Both the position numbers and the translations under genes were made by a program. Under the pieces are notes generated by a model. It had not been told where the DNA came from and searched no databases. It saw only the letters and a list, made by a program, of their open reading frames with translations. A stretch of DNA of 64,000 bases from a bacterium (lineage in GTDB: Bacteria; Bdellovibrionota; Bacteriovoracia; Bacteriovoracales; Bacteriovoracaceae), in assembly GCA_030425045.1 (NCBI GenBank), contig JAUHVL010000006.1, positions 68,677 through 132,676 of the forward strand. Direction: 5' to 3'. Shown here piece after piece: positions 8,194 to 18,645 of the stretch (positions are counted from its first letter, which is position 1; every line of letters starts with the position of its first letter).

Positions 8194-9171
8194 TTACTCG
8201 ATACCTAATTTTGTAATTTTTTCTACTAATTCGGCTGTGAATAATCGAGCACTTTGGGGAGTCAGGTGAGAATGGGTTATTCCCCACCCACCATCATAAA
8301 AATGGTTCTTATTTTCAGGATTTATACTAAACTCTGAATTTCTCCAAATTATTACTTTTTTTCTATTTGAGATTAGCTCCTCTAATTCTGAGTAGAAAAT
8401 ATCTTTTCCTAAAAATGTTTCGGAGCTACCAATAAACTCTGGTGCTTCAACAAAAATAGTTAAAACGTTATCTTTCTCAAGTAGGTTAAGTAGCTTTTTA
8501 AAATATATTATGTTTTGGATATTTAGGTGTTCATTAATATGATATCCATCATTAACATAATTAAGAGTATGATAAGATTTTGGCTTCTTATCTTTAACTA
8601 TTGACTTTGCCATCCTATTATTTTTTTCAAAACTGTATTGATGGGGATGAACACATAAGCTTTGTTCGTTATTGAATAGCTTTAATAACGAAGATTCTAA
8701 ATACTTGTTCACTCCAACAAAGTTTGTCGTAAGTAAGTTTCTAAATCTCTCCCAACTAGCCTTTAAACTAAATAGTTTTGCAATATATTCTTTCCCATAA
8801 GACTTATCAGATAAATGAAAATAATTTTCTATTTTAGAGTTCTCTTTAAACATCCAAGCTTGAGCTGAAAGCAATAGTACTTTGGGAGGGGAGCCAATAT
8901 TTTTTATATAATCGTTGTAAGTAGCATACACCACGGCTTGATAATTACCAGGCTTAGCATAATTCATTATTTTTAAACTTGAATTATGATCTGGATAAAT
9001 TGCTCTCTCTAAATGCGAGTCACCGATTGCTAGAATATCTGCTTTTTCGTAACAATAGGGAGTATTTTTAATTAGTGAATAACTTATCTTTGTAAGAAAT
9101 GGAATAACAAACCAATCGAAGATCGTAAGCAAAGTAAAAAGAAAAGTTATCTTATATATTGTTTTTAACAT
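8194..9171 (-). CDS. SGNH/AlgJ-DltD-like partner protein of the MBOAT acyltransferase
   Basis: The track start is GTG 9216. I prefer ATG 9171 (MLKTIYKITFLFTLL..., membrane anchor), 1 nt after the MBOAT stop (TGAAATG). Block-I-like ILAIGDSHLE and C-terminal GITHSHLTPQSA resemble the (T)D(T)HW..GA block of AlgJ/DltD-type proteins. Confidence 0.55.
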   Translation of the reverse strand: MLKTIYKITFLFTLLTIFDWFVIPFLTKISYSLIKNTPYCYEKADILAIGDSHLERAIYPDHNSSLKIMNYAKPGNYQAVVYATYNDYIKNIGSPPKVLLLSAQAWMFKENSKIENYFHLSDKSYGKEYIAKLFSLKASWERFRNLLTTNFVGVNKYLESSLLKLFNNEQSLCVHPHQYSFEKNNRMAKSIVKDKKPKSYHTLNYVNDGYHINEHLNIQNIIYFKKLLNLLEKDNVLTIFVEAPEFIGSSETFLGKDIFYSELEELISNRKKVIIWRNSEFSINPENKNHFYDGGWGITHSHLTPQSARLFTAELVEKITKLGIE

Positions 9172-9172
9172 T

Positions 9173-10573
9173 TCAATAATAAAAATAAATAAAGTCTTTA
9201 GCTCCCCAGTCACCAAAGAATAGGATTACTATCGACATCAATAAATAAAAGTTCCATTTAACAAAAGCAGATGATTGATATAATTTTTCAAGGGCTGATC
9301 TTTCGCTTATGTAATTATACAAATCGACCAACATAATTATAGTAATCATGACTAAAGCAAAATACATATTTTCATAACTAAAAAGATTATTACTTACAAA
9401 AGATTTGAAATTAAAATCTCCAAAAATCTTTCTAAAGATTAAAAAAGAATCACTAATTTTAGCAGACCTAAAAAATACTTGAGATAGAGCACAAACATTA
9501 AAAACTATAAAAACACTAAGAACAGGTATTCTAGATAATTTAAAAAAGTGTTTAATTATTACCTCTAGGCAAAAACCTATAGCAAAAAATAATCCAAAGA
9601 AAATGTATGTGTAATTTGCACCATGCCAAAGCCCACTTAAGAAGAATACGATTATTATATTTCTTAATGTATTCAATAGACTTTTACGACTGCCCCCAAG
9701 AGGAAAATAAATATAATCTTTAAGCCAGCTAGTTAAAGTCATATGCCAACGCTTCCAAAACTCCGAGAAAGATGATGAGTAAAAAGGCGAACTAAAATTC
9801 ATACTTAGTTTGACTCCGAAAGTTTTTGCAATACCTATAGCTATAAGAGAGTATCCTCCAAAATCACCATAAAGTTGATATGCACAATAATAAGCTCCCA
9901 AGAGATGTGTAGCACCATCAAAAAAATCGGGATTAGAATATAGAGTTTTAGTAAACGGAGCTATCCTATCAGCCATGGCCATCTTTAGAATGAGTCCCCA
10001 AGCAAAAATGATTAACCCCTTAGATACTGAATCGTAGTCATAATCTTTATTAAATGAAAGTTGTGGCAATAGGTCATTCGACCTCTCAATCGGCCCTGCT
10101 AACAATTGCGGGAAAAAGCAAACATAAAGAGCAAAGCGAATTATATTTTTTTCAGGAACAACTTTTTTTCTAAAGACATCAATTGAGTACGATAGAGTTT
10201 GAAAAGTATAATAAGAAATAGCTATTGGTAAAGGCAGAGAACTTTTCGTTAACTCAATATCTGTTAAACGGAAAAAAACATCACCAAAAAAGTTATAATA
10301 TTTAAATGTAAACAAAAGAGCCAAATTACATAGGATACTCATCCTAAGCCAAAAAATAGCTTTTTTGTTTTGTGATAGATAAATTTTTTTACCAATAAAA
10401 AAGTCAATTAAAGTCGAAAATAAAACGAGAATTATAAACTCTGGACTCCATGTCAGATAAAAGTAATAGCTCGCAACAAGTAATAAATAAATACGGTACT
10501 TAGCTTTTAAAAGATAGAAACAGACAAAGATAATTGCATAAAAAAGGAAGAAATCTATCGTGTTAAAGTTCAT
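9173..10573 (-). CDS. Membrane-bound O-acyltransferase (MBOAT; AlgI/DltB/PatA-like)
   Basis: Multi-pass membrane protein with the family signature FWKRWHMTLTSWLKDYIYFPLGGSRK and the conserved His block LSGLWHGA. Confidence 0.85.
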   Translation of the reverse strand: MNFNTIDFFLFYAIIFVCFYLLKAKYRIYLLLVASYYFYLTWSPEFIILVLFSTLIDFFIGKKIYLSQNKKAIFWLRMSILCNLALLFTFKYYNFFGDVFFRLTDIELTKSSLPLPIAISYYTFQTLSYSIDVFRKKVVPEKNIIRFALYVCFFPQLLAGPIERSNDLLPQLSFNKDYDYDSVSKGLIIFAWGLILKMAMADRIAPFTKTLYSNPDFFDGATHLLGAYYCAYQLYGDFGGYSLIAIGIAKTFGVKLSMNFSSPFYSSSFSEFWKRWHMTLTSWLKDYIYFPLGGSRKSLLNTLRNIIIVFFLSGLWHGANYTYIFFGLFFAIGFCLEVIIKHFFKLSRIPVLSVFIVFNVCALSQVFFRSAKISDSFLIFRKIFGDFNFKSFVSNNLFSYENMYFALVMITIIMLVDLYNYISERSALEKLYQSSAFVKWNFYLLMSIVILFFGDWGAKDFIYFYY

Positions 10574-10592
10574 ACTGAACTTATTTTCTTAC

Positions 10593-11321
10593 CTAAAGAG
10601 AACTAAAACTTGTTCCAATACGCCAAGGACGAAAGTGGAACTTTTCTTTGGACCATGGATAAACCATATTAAACCAAACAAAAAGCGCTTTACCTCTTAA
10701 GTGTGAAAAGGGAACGAGTCCCCAGACTCGACTATCACTTGAGAAATCACGGTTATCACCCATAACAAAGAAATGATCTTTAGGCACAATGAGTTTCTGT
10801 TGAGAAAGGTGGTAAGGCATAGCATTGTTTTTTGCAATAATATGCTTTGTCTCTCCTGTTTGAACTTTGTGAAAGCTCATTTTCATTGGCACACCTTTTT
10901 TATCGTAAAGCTCGTGATAAGCCTTAGCTTCTTCGCCAGTGATATCTTCTTCTTTAACTTCAGACCCGTTTATAAAGAGTCTATTATCAAAAGCTTCAAT
11001 TTCATCGCCGGGCATCGCCACAATTCTTTTTACAAATAGAATACTGTCATCTTTTGGATATTCAAAAACTACGATGTCTCCCTTTTTTGGAGGAGTAAAA
11101 CTTGTAATATAAATTGGATCCATAAACCATTCTGAAAAAGGAACTTTGAGTCCGTACTTCATTTTATTAACAAGAATAAAGTCACCGATGGCCATGGTTG
11201 GTAGCATCGAGCCGGAAGGAATATGATTGGGCTCAAAAAAAGTGGACTTAAAACCAAATACGCCTAAAAAAATAAAAATATAAGATAAAATTTCGCTTTT
11301 AACTTTTTGCTTATCCCACAT
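10593..11321 (-). CDS. lepB: Signal peptidase I
   Basis: Catalytic Ser box PSGSMLPTM, Lys box VKRIVAMPGDEI and box E GDNRDFSSDSRVWG. Single N-terminal TM segment. Confidence 0.9.
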   Translation of the reverse strand: MWDKQKVKSEILSYIFIFLGVFGFKSTFFEPNHIPSGSMLPTMAIGDFILVNKMKYGLKVPFSEWFMDPIYITSFTPPKKGDIVVFEYPKDDSILFVKRIVAMPGDEIEAFDNRLFINGSEVKEEDITGEEAKAYHELYDKKGVPMKMSFHKVQTGETKHIIAKNNAMPYHLSQQKLIVPKDHFFVMGDNRDFSSDSRVWGLVPFSHLRGKALFVWFNMVYPWSKEKFHFRPWRIGTSFSSL

Positions 11322-11349
11322 GATCCAGAGTTCCTTTTAAATTTGAATG

Positions 11350-11385
11350 AAAAAGGGGAGCAATTAGCTCCCCCTTTTGTTTTTG
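11350..11385 (-). terminator. Rho-independent terminator downstream of groEL (bidirectional shape)
   Basis: Stem GGGGAGC (11355-11361) pairs with GCTCCCC (11367-11373) around loop AATTA. It is flanked by an A-run on one side and a T-run on the other. Confidence 0.7.
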
Positions 11386-11463
11386 TATTTAGAATATTGT
11401 AACGAAATGTATTCTGATTACAAGCAAAGCGTAAAGCTTTACGAAAGCTTTACTAATACTTTA

Positions 11464-13125
<1,662 letters not shown>

Positions 13126-13143
13126 CTATGGTTTTTAAATTGA

Positions 13144-13431
13144 TTATTGAATTACACCGAGAATATCGTCTTCACGCATGATGAGATACTCTTTGTCAGC
13201 GACTTTTACTTCAGTTCCTGAATACTTACCAAAAAGGATCGTGTCCCCTTCCTTAACTTCAAGAGCTCTGTAGTCACCACTCTCTAGTAAACGTCCCTTT
13301 CCAACAGAAACAACTTTACCTTGTGCAGGCTTTTCTTTGTTGTTGTCTGGGATAATGATTCCACCAGCAGTTTTAGTTTCTTCTTCCATTCTTTCAACAA
13401 GCACTCTGTCTTGTAATGGTCTTACTTGCAT
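13144..13431 (-). CDS. groS: Co-chaperonin GroES (Hsp10)
   Basis: 95 aa, [29 protein letters not shown].... Sits 27 nt upstream of groEL. RBS AAGGAGG. Confidence 0.97.
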   Translation of the reverse strand: MQVRPLQDRVLVERMEEETKTAGGIIIPDNNKEKPAQGKVVSVGKGRLLESGDYRALEVKEGDTILFGKYSGTEVKVADKEYLIMREDDILGVIQ

Positions 13432-13681
13432 ACAGCCTCCTTATTAAGCACAGTGCAATATAAATAAATAATCATTACGTCTTTAAATATGACTGGGACA
13501 AAGTAATAGCAAAGGGAGCAGTGTCAAGGGTGAGAGATCAAAAAAAGTGAGGTGATTAATAAATAGTCTCAATTGCATACATTTATTGGCAATATATTTT
13601 ATAAAATTTCAATACCTTAGGCAGTTTTTAAAGGCGACAAAGAAATTAAGGTATTATTAAGGAAGAACCGATAAATTTATT

Positions 13682-14302
13682 ATGAAAAGAGCAATATTTG
13701 CATTATTCACACTTTTTTCTGCAAATCTGACATTTGCCCAGCAAACCGAGCTTGGCAATACCATTGGTAGGTTTTTTGTCGGTGAAACAGTCAGCGTGCT
13801 CGAAGACGCTGAAGGACACCAAGAAAGAATAAGAAGACTTGAAGGGCTCCGTGACCTTTACGCAAATCGGGCCAATTCTTGTGAACAAGACGTCTCCTCC
13901 ATCAACTTAGATCTTATTTCGCCACAGCTGCACGACGATATTATAAATAACAACACTTTTAGAATGATTAATGAAATTCATCGAGAGTTAGATATTCAAC
14001 TCAGGCCCGGGATTCTTTATGGCGCCTATAGACCAAACTATAGAGACTTTAGCTGCTCGGATATGCTCGAAAGAGAAGGCCTTGATAATCTTCCGAGGAC
14101 TCTTGGTATCCCCATGCAAACGGCGGCCATCAAAAGTCAACTCTGTGCAAACTATGATCGTATGATTCAATGTTTTAGATCAGCAGAAGATATTATGCTT
14201 GAAGAAAGTGTTTTGATTTATCAAGGTCCTCGCTACTATCAAATGGAATATTTCGACGAAAACTTCGTAAGAGAGAACTTCTCCAACTCCGTTTCACAAT
14301 AA
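13682..14302 (+). CDS. Secreted protein, unknown function
   Basis: Signal peptide MKRAIFALFTLFSANLTFA. Several Cys residues. No recognised motif. Confidence 0.5.
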   Translation: MKRAIFALFTLFSANLTFAQQTELGNTIGRFFVGETVSVLEDAEGHQERIRRLEGLRDLYANRANSCEQDVSSINLDLISPQLHDDIINNNTFRMINEIHRELDIQLRPGILYGAYRPNYRDFSCSDMLEREGLDNLPRTLGIPMQTAAIKSQLCANYDRMIQCFRSAEDIMLEESVLIYQGPRYYQMEYFDENFVRENFSNSVSQ

Positions 14303-14331
14303 ACCGTGTAAAAATTACATGATTCACCTTC

Positions 14332-15180
14332 TTGAATCAGAATGATTCAAAATGTATTGCTGCGCACACCAAGTTGGGATATCAATCCCCCATGGAATTT
14401 TACAAAGAAGTATTGATTAGCGAATACAGCAAAAAGCAGAAAAAAAACCCTGCTTACTCGCTACGTTCGTTTTCAAAATTTCTTGGCCTCGCTCAGGCAA
14501 CTCTTTCTGAGGTCATGAGAGATAAAAGAAAGTTACCTCTCAAGCATGCTATACCCGTTGCTGAAAAATTAAATCTCGATCCTTCGACAAAAACAATGTT
14601 TGTAAAAAGTGTTGAATTGTCCAAAGCAAGTTTAAAAAATTTAGAGCTTAAAACTGATCACTATCTTGATGAGACCGTTCTAGACGAGCAAAGAGATTAT
14701 AATATTATTGCTTATTGGGAATATTACGGTCTTTTAAATCTCATTGAAACAAAAGACTTTATCAACGACGAGCATTGGATTGCCAAAAGACTCGACATAA
14801 AAGTTTCTCGTGTTTCTCAAGTAAAAAAAGAACTTATCGCTCGAGGTTATCTCAAGGAGGAACAAGGTAATCTAACAAGAATTCAAACGAAACTCACAAC
14901 ATCGCAAGATGTTTTCTCGAAAGCCTTAAGACATTCACATAAAGAAAGTCTGGAGATGGCCATTGAGAAGATCGACTCTGTCCATTTGGATAAAAGGTTT
15001 TTATCTAGCTCAACGATACCCGTCAGTATGGAAAAAATGGATGAAGCAAAAAAGCTTATTCGTGAATTTAGAGCAAAAATGACGGCCCTTCTCGCAGAAG
15101 GTGACAAAGAAGAAGTATATCAATTCTGTATTCAATTATACCCCTTAACTAACTCAGTTGAAAAAGGAGAACTACAATGA
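14332..15180 (+). CDS. HTH DNA-binding protein of the TIGR02147/DUF4423 style
   Basis: The N-terminal pattern ...EFYKEVLISEYSKKQKKNPAYSLRSFSKFLGLAQATLSEVMRDKRKLPLKHAIPVAEKLNL matches my recollection of that family (YR.fL..yy...K..np.fSlRafa..lGls...ls.vl.GkR.l). The track start is TTG 14332. The first in-frame ATG is 14392 (MEFYKEV...), which may be the true start. Confidence 0.6.
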   Translation: MNQNDSKCIAAHTKLGYQSPMEFYKEVLISEYSKKQKKNPAYSLRSFSKFLGLAQATLSEVMRDKRKLPLKHAIPVAEKLNLDPSTKTMFVKSVELSKASLKNLELKTDHYLDETVLDEQRDYNIIAYWEYYGLLNLIETKDFINDEHWIAKRLDIKVSRVSQVKKELIARGYLKEEQGNLTRIQTKLTTSQDVFSKALRHSHKESLEMAIEKIDSVHLDKRFLSSSTIPVSMEKMDEAKKLIREFRAKMTALLAEGDKEEVYQFCIQLYPLTNSVEKGELQ

Positions 15181-16556
15181 AATCGCTACTCGCATTACTC
15201 GTTGGATTAAACATGGTCTATGCTAATCAAGGTGTAAACTTAGAACAAGTTCAACCACTTAAAGCACAAGATCAAAACCTTATTACTTTTATTAAAAATG
15301 ATGGATCTGTTATCAGCCAGCAAGTTCACTTTGATGACAAAGATAATGGTGGAGATGGATTTCTTAATGAAGAAGGCCAAATTATTTTAAGAGACTTCGT
15401 ATCTGGTAATTATTATGAAGAATATAATCGTTTTGAAATCTTAGAGTTAGAAGAGTCTTTCAAGCAACTTATGAAAGATATATTTAGAGCTTCACCGACA
15501 ATTGGAGCAAGTATTTGGCATGCCATGGAGGACTTAACCTTTATTTTTATTGAAGATTCACTACCTCTTTTACCAACAGGTCATACCACATTAGGAGAGC
15601 GTTCAGCCGATGTTCAAATTGCCATTAAAAAAGATGACAAGATCATTATTAGTTTAAAACGTTTTGAAAGAACAAAAGATCGAGAGTACTTACTTCTCCA
15701 TGAGGTTTTACATGACCTTGTTGTCGAAAAAGATTGGCCCGCGATGAAGCATACCAAAGTCAGAGCGTTAACTCATTATATTAAACAAAATAGAAGTAAC
15801 TTAAAAGAAGATGCTTTAAAAGAAAAGTTTAAGAAGTACTCTGCTTCGTTTGGCTATGGATATGATTATGAAAAAAGACAAAAAGAAGGAAGATTAACCT
15901 ACAAAACAGGTTATCTCGAACTTGATAAAGACAGAAATGATTTTTTAAGAGGTCTTTTGTTAGATGGTCCAGCAGAAAGGATGTGTGATCTCATTGGGCT
16001 TGGAATTGATTCCAGGTTGCCAGACGAAGCCATTGGTCTTGCCCACTCATTAAATCCATCATTTCAAAACTGTGAAGACTATAACGTTGAAACATATTAT
16101 CAAAGTGATGAACATGTTTTTCATAGGTCTTCATATGATAAGTCGCATTTCAAAAAATATTTAAAAAATTACCCTGTCTTTTCTGAGTTTATTACAAGAT
16201 CAGATAACCCTTTTTATTTCTCACAACGTTTATATGTCGATTATGTAGGAGTGAAGTTAAAAGCAGGGAGAAAAGTCACCTATAAAGAGTGTCAGGAAAA
16301 TACGAAAACAGAATCTTATACGCTCGTTAAAGAACGGTATGATTACTTAAACAATGTTAAAAACGATTATCAAAAGTTTTTAAGTCGATATAATCCTGTA
16401 AAGAAGCCTACTATTGTTTTTTATAATTATATTAAAAACGTCATAATAAAAGATAGAATCAATAGTGAGATCAAAAGCCTTGTGGATTTATCAGAGAGGC
16501 TTAACGAAAACCGTAAGCAATGTAAAAAAAGATATTCTACAATTCGATTTAAATAA
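15177..16556 (+). CDS. Secreted protein with HExxH motif (putative metallopeptidase-like)
   Basis: Signal peptide MKSLLALLVGLNMVYA. YLLLHEVLHDLV contains HEVLH. The start overlaps the stop of the HTH gene by 4 nt (ATGA). Confidence 0.5.
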   Translation: MKSLLALLVGLNMVYANQGVNLEQVQPLKAQDQNLITFIKNDGSVISQQVHFDDKDNGGDGFLNEEGQIILRDFVSGNYYEEYNRFEILELEESFKQLMKDIFRASPTIGASIWHAMEDLTFIFIEDSLPLLPTGHTTLGERSADVQIAIKKDDKIIISLKRFERTKDREYLLLHEVLHDLVVEKDWPAMKHTKVRALTHYIKQNRSNLKEDALKEKFKKYSASFGYGYDYEKRQKEGRLTYKTGYLELDKDRNDFLRGLLLDGPAERMCDLIGLGIDSRLPDEAIGLAHSLNPSFQNCEDYNVETYYQSDEHVFHRSSYDKSHFKKYLKNYPVFSEFITRSDNPFYFSQRLYVDYVGVKLKAGRKVTYKECQENTKTESYTLVKERYDYLNNVKNDYQKFLSRYNPVKKPTIVFYNYIKNVIIKDRINSEIKSLVDLSERLNENRKQCKKRYSTIRFK

Positions 16557-16560
16557 TTGT

Positions 16561-16588
16561 AAAAGCCCCAGACTGGGGCTTTTTTTTA
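16561..16588. terminator. Bidirectional rho-independent terminator between convergent genes
   Basis: AAAA-GCCCCA-gac-TGGGGC-TTTTTTTT. The stop codon of the minus-strand gene (16586-16588) sits in the end of the T-run. Confidence 0.8.
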
Positions 16589-17065
16589 AAATTCTTCTGC
16601 GTGGTAATGAAATACGGTTATGGAGCAGATTGGCTTTTTGCCATTTCTAAAAACATACGTTTGAGCAGCAGGCCTAAAGACTTTATCTTTTACTCCGTCA
16701 TTAAAAGTATAATCATTTATTTTATAAAAACCTTTCCCAATTTCTTTTAATTTTGACGTTTTCATATATAAAGGCTTTGTTGAACCTTTAACCGTATAAA
16801 TGATTTTGACGTTATCAGCTCGATACTTTTCGTCGCTATATTTATAAAAAATTTCTTTTATATGAGCTGAAAGATTAGACCAATCTCTAGCCAACTCTCC
16901 GCTTACAATTTTCTCACCTATTTTTTCGGTGCCTTCTGCATTAAAAAGATGCTCAACATAACTATTGAGAACTTTTATATCACGATGTTCTCGACAGGAA
17001 ATAAGCTTTGACTCCGCAAAGGTTGTCAATGATATTAAGAGTAATATCCAAAACTTTATCGCCAT
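16586..17065 (-). CDS. Secreted protein, unknown function (co-operonic with the L,D-transpeptidase-like gene)
   Basis: Signal peptide MAIKFWILLLISLTTFA. Its start overlaps the end of the upstream gene by 10 nt. Confidence 0.5.
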   Translation of the reverse strand: MAIKFWILLLISLTTFAESKLISCREHRDIKVLNSYVEHLFNAEGTEKIGEKIVSGELARDWSNLSAHIKEIFYKYSDEKYRADNVKIIYTVKGSTKPLYMKTSKLKEIGKGFYKINDYTFNDGVKDKVFRPAAQTYVFRNGKKPICSITVFHYHAEEF

Positions 17066-17994
17066 AAATTATCTCCACAATAACTCGGACTTTTCTGCTT
17101 CATTCTAGGAGTATAATTATACACTAAAGCACCACCACTATTATTTCCTTTTAAGTCATCAACAACTTTACTCCAATTATTAGGATCAACTCCAGGACAC
17201 CCATATGTTCTTCCACAATATCCACCGACCCTACCGTCTCTATGTCGATTACTTGAGCGATAGCCGCCTGTACAATATGTTCTTCCACTACTATTTAATG
17301 CTCGATGAATAACAACCCCCCTTCCATATGTGTTGTTATTAATTCCTCTTTGAAGTCCATGCATTTTGATTCCTGGATACCAGGTTTTGTTATTTGGTCC
17401 ATAATGCCAACCACCTGTAATATGAAAACCATCAGGTGTCCCTCTCGAACCAATACCATTACTATACCCACCTTTTCCTCTGGCAACATTCATCACATCA
17501 ACTGTCCCCGTACAACGATTCACAATAAACATCTTCTTTGGTTGTGTAACACCAGTGTTAGCGTAATCATTAATAGCAATCTTACAATTCTCCTGAATAG
17601 AGACTCTCCCACCAGCTGCACTGATAAAACGTGTATTTCGATGTGTATAAAAAAAGCACATCGCATGAGCTAAGGCTTTTGGATCTCCACCCATTCTTCT
17701 AAAATTTCTTTCTAGGTTATTAGAAGACCTTCTAACTTCTCTACCGGAGGCGGCATCATCGTCACATTGATGGCAAGGTTCAAGGAACTCATCAACAACA
17801 CCATTGGGATCAATATCGCGAAAGCCATTAGTCCCTCGACGAACACGACCTTGAATATCTTCAGGTTCATTGGAAACAGAGTCTCTCATAGAATTACGAA
17901 ATTCTGATCCACTCATTTGTCCCCGTGGGCATCCAAACAAAAGAATACCTACAACAAATAACAAAGTATGTTTCAAAAAATAAGCTTTAGTCAC
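17056..17994 (-). CDS. Lipoprotein with L,D-transpeptidase catalytic-domain-like (YkuD_2-type) region
   Basis: Lipobox LLFGC. MFIVNRCTGTVDVMNVARGKGG...GTPDGFHITGG...GIKMHGLQRGINNNTYGRGVVIHRA...GRTYGCPGV parallels the YkuD_2 pattern (vaHGrgSg..., GlyL...G.N.nA..R.iV.H.a.Y, GrSwGCPAv). Confidence 0.6.
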   Translation of the reverse strand: MTKAYFLKHTLLFVVGILLFGCPRGQMSGSEFRNSMRDSVSNEPEDIQGRVRRGTNGFRDIDPNGVVDEFLEPCHQCDDDAASGREVRRSSNNLERNFRRMGGDPKALAHAMCFFYTHRNTRFISAAGGRVSIQENCKIAINDYANTGVTQPKKMFIVNRCTGTVDVMNVARGKGGYSNGIGSRGTPDGFHITGGWHYGPNNKTWYPGIKMHGLQRGINNNTYGRGVVIHRALNSSGRTYCTGGYRSSNRHRDGRVGGYCGRTYGCPGVDPNNWSKVVDDLKGNNSGGALVYNYTPRMKQKSPSYCGDNLWR

Positions 17995-18130
17995 GGTATC
18001 ACTATTGTAAACCGAAACCTCTCTTCGTGAGATCTAATTTAATAATATGAATCTAAGTTACCGTTTTTAATAACTTGAATAAATAATGAGTTAGAGAGTT
18101 TATGCCTCTTTTTCTTGGCAATAATTCAAT

Positions 18131-18634
18131 TTAGCGGATTTCTTCAAGCCTTGCTAAGTAACTGGGAAATGTTAAAAACATTAAAACTATTGCAGTTGCA
18201 AAATGATAATAATAAAAGTCTACGGTTGTGAAAAAAGAGATTATCCCCATAACTCCAAAAATATTGACTGTCTCAATCAACGCCCACGTTAAAATTGATT
18301 TCACCATCATTTGATTTGCGATAATCATTTTACGCTTCGTCGATTCATCTAATTGATCGTAATCTTTATAGAGGTTGTTGTTTTGTAGGTTAACTGAATT
18401 TAAATCAACTTTTTGTAAAGACTCTCTAATTTTATCTTCACCTGTTGATGATTTATAAAAAAGAAAAGCCCCCACGGACATCACTAAACCGATACCAAGA
18501 AAAACATAACCCATCTGGCTCATTTCTTTTGCACCTTCTCCCATCAATCCAGACCAAACCAAATAAGCAAAAACACTATTTGAAAACAGTAGTGCAAACC
18601 AAAGAACCTTTGTCACGTTTTTCATTCCATCCAT
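18131..18634 (-). CDS. Integral membrane protein (about 4 TM), unknown function
   Basis: Hydrophobic segments VLWFALLFSNSVFAYLVW, GYVFLGIGLVMSVGAFLF, ILTWALIETVNIFGVMGII and ATAIVLMFLTF. Confidence 0.5.
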   Translation of the reverse strand: MDGMKNVTKVLWFALLFSNSVFAYLVWSGLMGEGAKEMSQMGYVFLGIGLVMSVGAFLFYKSSTGEDKIRESLQKVDLNSVNLQNNNLYKDYDQLDESTKRKMIIANQMMVKSILTWALIETVNIFGVMGIISFFTTVDFYYYHFATAIVLMFLTFPSYLARLEEIR

Positions 18635-18645
18635 TTTAATTTTCC

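Noticed and set aside
13432-13681. CIRCE (HrcA operator) or sigma-32 promoter upstream of groES
   Set aside because: I looked for TTAGCACTC-N9-GAGTGCTAA on both strands. I found only a degenerate ATTGCACTGTGCTTAA just before the RBS, without the 9-nt spacer. CCCTTGACA is present, but no CCCCATNT-like -10 lies at the right distance. A sigma-70-like TTGCTA-N17-TATTTA is possible, but I cannot support a specific heat-shock element.
16465-16650. 61-aa plus-strand ORF spanning the end of the 15177 gene and the terminator
   Set aside because: It runs straight through a strong bidirectional terminator hairpin and into the convergent gene, so it is not credible as a gene.
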